From Promethearchaeota archaeon (GTDB lineage: Archaea; Asgardarchaeota; Thorarchaeia; Thorarchaeales; Thorarchaeaceae), in contig JBHLND010000002.1 of the NCBI GenBank assembly GCA_048937485.1, positions 7,068-49,997 of the forward strand: 42,930 bases of DNA, given 5' to 3'. The position numbers and the translations under genes are program-made. The notes beneath the pieces are model-generated. The model did no database searches. It saw only the letters and a program-made list of their open reading frames with translations, and was not told the DNA's origin. Shown one piece after another: positions 15,516 to 22,209 of this stretch (position 1 is its first letter; each line of letters begins with the position of its first letter).

Positions 15516-17144
15516 ATGCCTATGCTGAGAACTAGCTCGGAGACCTTTCCGGCCTCCAAGAAAGTCATGAGCGATGTTCCTTACGTTGTTCGTGTTGAGT
15601 TCGGCGAACTAGCACGTGAAACGAAGAAGATCGTAGGAAAGCCAATTGCCTGCCATAAATGCAATGGCTTTCTACTAAGTGTGGATCAGATTAAGGATGA
15701 TCCGAAGGTTGGACAGCACTTCGTCTGTCCGTTCTGTGGAACGTTAAACGTAATTGAAGGAGAGATTGTTGTCGCTGGTGAGGACACCGACTTCGTTGTA
15801 AAGCCTCCAGAAGAAACAGTTACTGAAACTGGAGGAGTGTCTACTGGCGGTCGTTCGTTCTTGGCTCTTATTGATGTATCAGGGTCAATGGCAGGAGCTA
15901 ATCTTGCCGCAGTGAAGCGAAGCTTGACAACATCCATTGATAGTCTAGCGGCCAATGCTCCAAATACCATGTTTGGACTTATCGAGTTCGAGAGTACAGT
16001 CTTGGTTCGAAACCTAGAAACAGGTGCACCCATTGAGTTGCCTTCAGATACATTCATGAATTTGGACGATATCAAGAAAGCGACAAAGAAACTCCTTGAC
16101 AAGGTTCGCCTTGTTCAAGTGGGTGACAATGCCCCAAAGCTAAAGCAGCACGTGAGTGCTCTTCGCGACCAAGGAGGCACTGCACTTGGTCCTGCAATGG
16201 TCATGGCATCTGTTATTGCCAAGCATCGTGATGTTGGTCGGGTTGTACTTCTAACCGACGGACTTGCAAACGAGGGAATTGGAGCTCTCGAAGGCTACCA
16301 AGTCACTCCAGCAAATGCATTCTATGAGGATCTTGGAAAGTCTTTCCTAGACATGGGCGCTGCGGTAGATGTGGTTGGCATCGCATCCGGTGGCGCTATG
16401 GAGCTTCGTACCTTAGGTCTCCTACCTGAGGCAACGGGCGGTACAATGTACTACGTGACACCAAACGAACTCGATCGCAGTCTTTCAGAACTTGCTGGTG
16501 CTTCATTACTTGGTCGTGACGTCGAAGTAAAGCTGGTTACTCCTGAGGGAGTAAAGGTGAAGGACGCTTCAGGCGCGTCACGTGCAGTTCTTGATGAACT
16601 AAAGAAGAAGGGCAGCGGCAAGATAGGAGTGGTTGGAGAAGACCACGAACTCTACTTTGAGATTGAACCCGAGTCTAAAATCAAGGAGGAAGAGATTCCA
16701 ATACAGGTGCAAGTTGCCTACACAGATGAAGAAGGTGCTCGACGTGTGCGTGCAGTCACAACTAAGCTTCGTGTTTCAGACAAAGAAGACGAGATCATGA
16801 AGACCCTTGACCCCACAGTGGGGGCTACTTTCGTCACCCAGAAAGCTGGAGAAGATGCTGTTAGAGGTGACAGAAAGAAGGGCAAGGAGAGACTCGCAGC
16901 TTTCAGGTCTGCAATGAAGGTTCATGCCAAAGCGGCACCTGCCCCAGTGCAGAAGATGCTTGACAAGGCCGATGATGTTCTCGCTAGTGAAGAGGAAGAG
17001 CTTGAGCGTCAGGAGGAACGCATGAGAGAAGCTCCTGCTGGTGGTGCAGCTCCCTCTGCTGCAGCTGATATGTCTGCTGTTGAGAGCTTGGCCCAAATGA
17101 AGAGAAGCTCGAAGAAAATGTTTGACGACGAGGACGAAGCATAG
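15516..17144 (+). CDS. zinc-ribbon + von Willebrand A (MIDAS) + beta-rich domain protein with an acidic tail; Sec23/24-like domain order
   Basis: CHKC...CPFC ribbon (nt 15651-15737). vWA with DVSGS (nt 15873-15887), GGTALG and LLTDG. A beta-rich segment is followed by a helical, acidic C-terminus ending DDEDEA. GAGGT lies about 10 nt upstream of the ATG. Confidence 0.8.
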   Translation: MPMLRTSSETFPASKKVMSDVPYVVRVEFGELARETKKIVGKPIACHKCNGFLLSVDQIKDDPKVGQHFVCPFCGTLNVIEGEIVVAGEDTDFVVKPPEETVTETGGVSTGGRSFLALIDVSGSMAGANLAAVKRSLTTSIDSLAANAPNTMFGLIEFESTVLVRNLETGAPIELPSDTFMNLDDIKKATKKLLDKVRLVQVGDNAPKLKQHVSALRDQGGTALGPAMVMASVIAKHRDVGRVVLLTDGLANEGIGALEGYQVTPANAFYEDLGKSFLDMGAAVDVVGIASGGAMELRTLGLLPEATGGTMYYVTPNELDRSLSELAGASLLGRDVEVKLVTPEGVKVKDASGASRAVLDELKKKGSGKIGVVGEDHELYFEIEPESKIKEEEIPIQVQVAYTDEEGARRVRAVTTKLRVSDKEDEIMKTLDPTVGATFVTQKAGEDAVRGDRKKGKERLAAFRSAMKVHAKAAPAPVQKMLDKADDVLASEEEELERQEERMREAPAGGAAPSAAADMSAVESLAQMKRSSKKMFDDEDEA

Positions 17145-17155
17145 TCCAGATAATG

Positions 17156-17206
17156 GAGTGACACTAATTGCTGCAGTGTCACTCAGCCTTTCTTTTCATT
17201 TTGATT
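17156..17206 (+). terminator. perfect 10-bp hairpin followed by a T-rich tract; candidate terminator of the vWA gene
   Basis: GAGTGACACT (17156-17165), loop AATTGCTGC, AGTGTCACTC (17175-17184), then CTTTCTTTTCATTTTGATT (17189-17206). It begins 12 nt after the stop codon. Confidence 0.5.
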
Positions 17207-17251
17207 CCTGTAGCCCGAATGTATTACCAAGGTAACACCACAATTGAGTGA

Positions 17252-17290
17252 ATTGCGCAATCTATTGCGCAAAAGGGCTTACTGCGCCAA
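17252..17290. promoter_or_regulatory. tandem copies of the palindromic motif ATTGCGCAA; candidate transcription-factor operator upstream of the Roadblock operon
   Basis: ATTGCGCAA at 17252-17260 and again at 17264-17272 (12-nt period). The core TTGCGCAA is its own reverse complement. A degenerate third copy, TGCGCCAA, is at 17283-17290. A TATA-like CCTAAAATAC follows at 17307-17316, 60 nt before the TTG start at 17376. Confidence 0.35.
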
Positions 17291-17375
17291 GCAATATCAT
17301 GATAATCCTAAAATACCCAACTGCGGCGTAAGGAGTTGGCAAATGCCCAATTGATATCGGTGGAGTCTCTTCAGG

Positions 17376-17672
17376 TTGATAAGTCAAGAGAAGCTGCAGT
17401 CGATTCTTAATCGGCTCAAAGACCAAGATGGCGTTCGTGGAGTCGTTGTGACTACCATGGAGGGCCTTCCTCTCAGCAGCGATCTTGACCCTGACACCAC
17501 AGAGAATATTGCTGCTATCATTACCTCTCTCGTTGGAAAGGCCCTGGATGCAGTGCGCCTTCTTCGCGAGGGGTCGTTGTCCTTCCTCACGTTGGACACA
17601 ACACAAGGTCAAATAAACATCGCACCAGATGAAAAAGAGGGCCTGATATTAGTGGTCCTAAAGAAGAATTAG
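17376..17672 (+). CDS. Roadblock/LC7 (MglB-like) domain protein
   Basis: LQSILNRLKDQDGVRGVVVTTMEGLPLSS...IAAIITSLVGKALDAV...LSFLTLDTTQGQINIAPDEKEGLILVVL. TTG start with GGTGGAG 10 nt upstream. The only nearby upstream ATG, at 17343, runs into a stop after 3 codons. Confidence 0.8.
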   Translation: MISQEKLQSILNRLKDQDGVRGVVVTTMEGLPLSSDLDPDTTENIAAIITSLVGKALDAVRLLREGSLSFLTLDTTQGQINIAPDEKEGLILVVLKKN

Positions 17673-17689
17673 TATGGGGATGTAGCGGA

Positions 17690-18160
17690 ATGAGTGATCC
17701 GAAAGCTTTCGACAAAATCCTGACTGAAATCATCAGACAGGACAAGGGGATCAAGAAAGTAATCCTGGTTGACAAAACAGGACTGACAATTGCCAATGTG
17801 AGTAAGCTGAGCTATTACCCGGTGGACGTTGATAGCATCGGTGCGATTGCCAGTGCTGTGTTCTGTGCCAGTGAAGAACAGGGAAAGAACCTCCAGATTG
17901 GAGAACTGGAGATAGTGACATCGGAGTTTAGCGAAGGCAAGATCTTCGCCTCAGCCTGTGGAAAAGGTGTGCTCTGTGTGGTATCCGAGGCGGAAGTCAA
18001 CATTGGCCTTATACGCCTCGTCATGAAGAAACAGGGTGTACAGCTTGCTGATGAACTTGACAAGTTCTTGGCCGTTGAACCGATCTCTCCAAGTGGCAAG
18101 GACAAGGAGCTTGATGAGGAAGACCTCAAGTCTGCACTGGCGGAGCTCGAGAGGGTCTAA
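17690..18160 (+). CDS. Roadblock/LC7 domain protein with an acidic helical C-terminal extension
   Basis: FDKILTEIIRQDKGIKKVILVDKTGLTIAN...IGAIASAVFCASEEQGKNLQIGELEIVTSEFSEGKIFASACGKGVLCVV, plus a ~40-aa tail (KDKELDEEDLKSALAELERV). Lies 17 nt after the previous Roadblock gene. Confidence 0.8.
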   Translation: MSDPKAFDKILTEIIRQDKGIKKVILVDKTGLTIANVSKLSYYPVDVDSIGAIASAVFCASEEQGKNLQIGELEIVTSEFSEGKIFASACGKGVLCVVSEAEVNIGLIRLVMKKQGVQLADELDKFLAVEPISPSGKDKELDEEDLKSALAELERV

Positions 18161-18222
18161 CTATACAACAGATGACCCCTAGATGCTCCAATTGTGCCAC
18201 AAAGGCTTTTATGAGACCACAG

Positions 18223-18230
18223 TTTTAAAT
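18223..18230 (+). promoter_or_regulatory. TATA-box-like TTTTAAAT inside the 189-nt spacer; candidate internal promoter for the GTPase-Roadblock pair
   Basis: TTTTAAAT at 18223-18230 matches the archaeal A/T-rich TATA consensus. It lies 73 nt before the upstream mini-ORF ATG (18303) and 120 nt before the GTPase ATG (18350). Confidence 0.3.
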
Positions 18231-18349
18231 CATCAGCCCACTGAGCAAGGGCCTTTGGCTCAGGGACCTATGGAATAGATGCAGTGAAGCGAGGCAAACG
18301 GAATGCGCAAGGAAGACGTTCGGGAACTCAACGGTGAGGTGACGGCCTA

Positions 18350-18913
18350 ATGCGTAAAGATCAACAAGGTCGCATTCATCTCAAGTTAGTCTTCTACGGA
18401 CCTTCCCTCGGCGGTAAAACAACGGCCCTGAGATGGCTCTACGGGAAAGTTGAGGGTCTCCAGAAGGGTGAGTTCACTGCAATAGAAGATGAAACCAACC
18501 GTACCTTGTTCTTTGACTATGTGCCAATGAGTGCCGGCGGGCGTGTTCTCTTTGACGTATTCACTGTTGCAGGTCAGAAGCGACATAGACACCAGCGCAA
18601 GGTTGTACTCCAGGGCACTGACGGCATTCTGTTTGTTGCAGACTCGTCTCCTGACCAGAGAGATGAGAACACGGAGAGCTTTGAAGAACTAAAGCTGTTC
18701 TTGGGTGATGCGCTAGGGCGTGAGATACCCATTGTCGTTATGCTGAACAAACGAGACCTACCGAACCGGATGTCTCGCGATGAGATGCTTGACCTACTAG
18801 GTCTTGGTGGAAATGTGCCAATATACGAAACCATCGCCGTTCAAGGAGTTGGTGTCAAGAGGGCCTTTCAATCAATAGCGCGAGAGGTCATCCTTAAACG
18901 AATGTACAAGTAA
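18350..18913 (+). CDS. small Ras-superfamily GTPase of the MglA type
   Basis: G1 GPSLGGKT (nt 18398-18421), switch-I Thr (NRTLFFDY), G3 TVAGQ (nt 18563-18577; Thr instead of Asp, as in MglA), G4 NKRD (nt 18746-18757), and a G5-like ETIAVQGVGV. GGTGAGGTGA lies upstream of the ATG. Confidence 0.85.
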   Translation: MRKDQQGRIHLKLVFYGPSLGGKTTALRWLYGKVEGLQKGEFTAIEDETNRTLFFDYVPMSAGGRVLFDVFTVAGQKRHRHQRKVVLQGTDGILFVADSSPDQRDENTESFEELKLFLGDALGREIPIVVMLNKRDLPNRMSRDEMLDLLGLGGNVPIYETIAVQGVGVKRAFQSIAREVILKRMYK

Positions 18914-18921
18914 ATACCAAA

Positions 18922-19305
18922 ATGGTGAAGCCAATGGCAGAGAGCCGCGGAGATACATTGGAAAGCGTTCTTAATGAGCTGCAAGGCAGTATTCCTGAGA
19001 TTGAAGCTTGTGCTATTGTGAGTGTAGAAGGGCTTCCAATTGTATCAGCCCTACCAACTGATGTTGACGAAGCTAAAGTTGCAGCAATGACTGCAGCTAT
19101 GTTGACCCTTGGAGAGAAAGCAGCCATAGAATTAGGGAAAGGGAATCTAGAACAGGTCAACATCAAGGGAGTTGATGGGTGGCTACTTGTTGTTCAGGCA
19201 GGAATGAATGCATGTCTTACTGTTTCAACAACTGCAAGCGCCAAGCTTGGAATGGTATTTCTTGAAATGAAGAGAGCTGCTGAGAAAGTATCAGGGATGA
19301 TTTAG
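18922..19305 (+). CDS. Roadblock/LC7 (MglB-like) domain protein
   Basis: LESVLNELQGSIPEIEACAIVSVEGLPIVSALP...VAAMTAAMLTLGEKAAIELGKGNLEQVNIKGVDGWLLVVQAG. Lies 8 nt after the GTPase stop, the classic MglA-MglB adjacency. Confidence 0.8.
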   Translation: MVKPMAESRGDTLESVLNELQGSIPEIEACAIVSVEGLPIVSALPTDVDEAKVAAMTAAMLTLGEKAAIELGKGNLEQVNIKGVDGWLLVVQAGMNACLTVSTTASAKLGMVFLEMKRAAEKVSGMI

Positions 19306-19378
19306 TACACACACTCAGCTAGCACCAAGGCTATTAGGACATGCAAATTGTTTGGTACAATACTGGAACGTGAATTTA

Positions 19379-20146
19379 ATGAACCTGGCCGGACCCGTCT
19401 ACAGACTATACGAGTTCTATCTTCATAGTCAGTTAGACAAGGATAAGGCTCCTCGTCATGTAGGCATAATCTTGGATGGCAATCGTCGATATGCACGACA
19501 GCATGGTGCTGAAGTTCCATGGTTTGGCCATCACAAAGGTGCTCAGAAGGTAATGGAAGTTCTGAGAATCCTCTGGGAGGCTCAGGTGAAAGTCTGCACG
19601 CTCTATGCCTTTTCAGTGGAGAACTTTGAGAGAAACAAGGACGAAGTAAATGAGATCATGGCAATTGCTAAGGATAAGTTCAGTGAGGTTGTTGGAAATC
19701 CGGATGTTCATCGACATAAAGTACGGATTAGAGCTATTGGCCGAGTTGATCTCTTGCCCGAAGACGTTCAAAATGCCATTGCGCAGGCGGAAGCCGAAAC
19801 GATGGAATATACAGACCATGTTCTTAATGTCGCCATAGGATATTCAGGTAGAGCTGAGCTTGTTGATGCCGTCCAAGCGATTGGTCAAAAGATACGAGAC
19901 GGCGAGCTTGACCCTTCAGCAATAGATGAGAATATCATTGAAAGCCATCTTTACACCAATGGCATTCCTGATCCGGACCTCATTATAAGGACCTCTGGAG
20001 AGGAGCGTCTATCCGGATTCCTTCTTTGGCAGTCTGCTTATTCAGAGTTGTACTTCGCACAAATCTACTGGCCAGCTGTCAGGCGAATTGACGTTTGGCG
20101 AGCTCTTCGTTCATACCAGCAAAGAGCGCGTCGTTTTGGAAAGTAG
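19379..20146 (+). CDS. uppS: cis-prenyltransferase (undecaprenyl/dehydrodolichyl diphosphate synthase family)
   Basis: HVGIILDGNRRYA, FSVENFERNKDEV and IRTSGEERLSGFLLWQSAYSELYF. I prefer ATG 19379 (MNLAGPVYRLYEFY...); the track ORF starts at TTG 19352. Confidence 0.9.
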   Translation: MNLAGPVYRLYEFYLHSQLDKDKAPRHVGIILDGNRRYARQHGAEVPWFGHHKGAQKVMEVLRILWEAQVKVCTLYAFSVENFERNKDEVNEIMAIAKDKFSEVVGNPDVHRHKVRIRAIGRVDLLPEDVQNAIAQAEAETMEYTDHVLNVAIGYSGRAELVDAVQAIGQKIRDGELDPSAIDENIIESHLYTNGIPDPDLIIRTSGEERLSGFLLWQSAYSELYFAQIYWPAVRRIDVWRALRSYQQRARRFGK

Positions 20147-20233
20147 ATGAGATTGCCAGTATCACTGGTGACACAGTGTTTTATATGATATTCATCAGAA
20201 CTCTATCTGAATCAATGAGGAGGCTGTGCAGCC

Positions 20234-21430
20234 TTGGCTAGGAAGCCTATCGATGTCTACCGTGGACTGATCGCAACAACAATCCCCAGCGACGTCGCAT
20301 CACATATTGACTCTGTAGTAGGTCGCTACTCCACTCAGGTCTATGCGGGACAGAAGTTGACAATGCACCTTTCACGATTTGTGGAGATATGCTGCAAGCT
20401 AATCACCTTTCTTGATTCTAGGAATGCATCAGACCTCTCTGATCTTGCTAACGCTATCGATGTTCTCGACTACTTCACCTCAACCTCCAAGTGGTGGACT
20501 ATGTCTAGAGAAGACCCTGGTTTTCTTCTAAGACCCCCATCCCGAGATCCTAGAGAATTCATGCTCTCTTTGGCAGCTGTTCAGATTGGAGGAGATACAT
20601 CTGGAAGAGTCGCAGGAGCATCTGAAAAGCTTGCGAGATTCTTCGAAGACCATGGAATCACTGATACCAGAGTATGTGAGAAATTATGCGAGCGTTTTGT
20701 TTCGTCTTGGATCCTCCTGAGCGGCCTCGTATGCAAGAGCCAAGGGCGTAATATCACTACTGAAGGTGATTTCGAAATCGCCTATGACATCATGCGAGTT
20801 CTTCTCTTCTATACATCCCTTGACGACTTCAAAGCTCTCACCGCGATTCGTAGACTCGCAACTGATCCAAAGATTCCAAAACTTGCTGAAGTTTCCTTTA
20901 CTCCGGGATTCGAACGCAAACTAGATTCATCGATGGCTGCACGTCTTGAAAGATCAAACGAGGAAAAACTCGCGAAAATTGTTCCATCCTCACCAAGTGC
21001 ATCTCGCAACCTACTCACCAACTCGCTAAAGCTCCTAGCACAGATGAAGGCTATCGAACAAGGACTAATACGCATTGAGGAAAGCAACTATGATAGTCTA
21101 ATTCTTGGAGCCATGGAGATGCTGGAGCAAGTGGGAATCTCGCAGGATAGCTTCCGCGATGAAACATCTGTAAAAGCACTCTTTCTAGCTATACAGCCGG
21201 ATACGGGAACTGATGAGAAGATTGGTCTACTGATTAGAAGACTTGAAGGGCTACTGGTTGATTCCACTGGAAGCAAGGACTTTTTGCTACAGAATGCCAA
21301 ATTAATCCCAAGAATGGTCGCTTTGCTACTTCTTCTAGCTGGAGTGACCAAAGTATCTGAAATAGCAGGTTTGCAAGATGCAGACCTGAAGCGTGGTTTG
21401 ATTCTGTTTCACAGACTGCTTAATGGCTAG
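20234..21430 (+). CDS. hypothetical protein, predicted helical (398 aa); no recognisable family
   Basis: Long ORF with a TTG start preceded by a strong GAGGAGG about 10 nt upstream. Helix-favouring, Leu-rich composition throughout, with no TM segments. Its 3' end overlaps the convergent acdB gene by 11 nt. Confidence 0.6.
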   Translation: MARKPIDVYRGLIATTIPSDVASHIDSVVGRYSTQVYAGQKLTMHLSRFVEICCKLITFLDSRNASDLSDLANAIDVLDYFTSTSKWWTMSREDPGFLLRPPSRDPREFMLSLAAVQIGGDTSGRVAGASEKLARFFEDHGITDTRVCEKLCERFVSSWILLSGLVCKSQGRNITTEGDFEIAYDIMRVLLFYTSLDDFKALTAIRRLATDPKIPKLAEVSFTPGFERKLDSSMAARLERSNEEKLAKIVPSSPSASRNLLTNSLKLLAQMKAIEQGLIRIEESNYDSLILGAMEMLEQVGISQDSFRDETSVKALFLAIQPDTGTDEKIGLLIRRLEGLLVDSTGSKDFLLQNAKLIPRMVALLLLLAGVTKVSEIAGLQDADLKRGLILFHRLLNG

Positions 21431-22166
21431 AGGCTTCGGTCTTGGAAGGGTCATCAATCAGAATTCGTGCATCTACAACTAGTGCACCCTTTCCTTTTTC
21501 ATATACAAAGGTGGGATTGCAGTCAATCTCATTGATTTCCGGATTATCGGCAACCATTTTCGATACTGACATAATGATTTCGATGAGCGCGTCGATATCC
21601 CGTGGTCCCTGTCCTCGGGCCCCCTCCAGAATCTTGGCTGCCTTTATCTCAGAAACCATTTCCTGGGCATCCGTTCTTGTCAGGGGTATCAGTCGAAAGG
21701 TCACGTCTTTCAGAATTTCCACAAATATGCCGCCAAGTCCAAACATTATTGCATGACCGAATTGGGGATCTTTCGTGACTCCAACTATAACTTCTGTACC
21801 CATATCTGCAAAGTCTGAGATGAACACTCCTCTACTCAAATCCACCTCAATTCCCTTTTCTTTTCCATACTCCTTTGCATTGTTCATAATCTCTTGGAAT
21901 GCTTCCCGTACCTCTTCTTCAGTCTTCAGATTGATTTTGACTCCCCCTGCATCTGACTTATGGAGGATGTCCTTTGAGAGTATCTTTAGTACCACCGGAA
22001 ATCCAATTGCTTTAGACTTCTCAACAGCTTCATCCGCTGTTGATGCAGTATCGTAGGCTGGTACAGGCATTCCATATGCTTTCATGATGTCCTTTGCCTC
22101 ATGTTCAAGAACAAAGGTTCTACCCTCTTTAAGGGCAGTCTCAAAAATCTTCTTGGCAGCCTTCAT
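21420..22166 (-). CDS. acdB: acetyl-CoA synthetase (ADP-forming), beta subunit (ATP-grasp)
   Basis: LEHEAKDIMKAYGMPVP...FPVVLKILSKDILHKSDAGGVKINL... is an ATP-grasp pattern. It is directly downstream of the alpha subunit, as in the split Pyrococcus-type ACD. Confidence 0.88.
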   Translation of the reverse strand: MKAAKKIFETALKEGRTFVLEHEAKDIMKAYGMPVPAYDTASTADEAVEKSKAIGFPVVLKILSKDILHKSDAGGVKINLKTEEEVREAFQEIMNNAKEYGKEKGIEVDLSRGVFISDFADMGTEVIVGVTKDPQFGHAIMFGLGGIFVEILKDVTFRLIPLTRTDAQEMVSEIKAAKILEGARGQGPRDIDALIEIIMSVSKMVADNPEINEIDCNPTFVYEKGKGALVVDARILIDDPSKTEASSH

Positions 22167-22209
22167 TACTTGTATGACCCCTTCTTATTTGCTGGATTGT
22201 TCCTCGTAT

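Noticed and set aside
17262-17612. 116-aa minus-strand ORF spanning the vWA-Roadblock intergenic region and the start of the first Roadblock gene
   Set aside because: It overlaps a well-supported Roadblock CDS in antisense and runs through the palindromic operator-like boxes. Its composition is not protein-like and it has no RBS.
18303-18350. The mini-ORF as evidence of a frameshifted, N-terminally longer GTPase (pseudogene or sequencing error)
   Set aside because: From ATG 18350 the GTPase has about 13 residues before the G1 strand, the spacing I recall for MglA-type proteins. It also has its own strong Shine-Dalgarno. Fusing the mini-ORF would add a non-homologous acidic peptide, so I keep it as a separate upstream ORF (reported as a finding).
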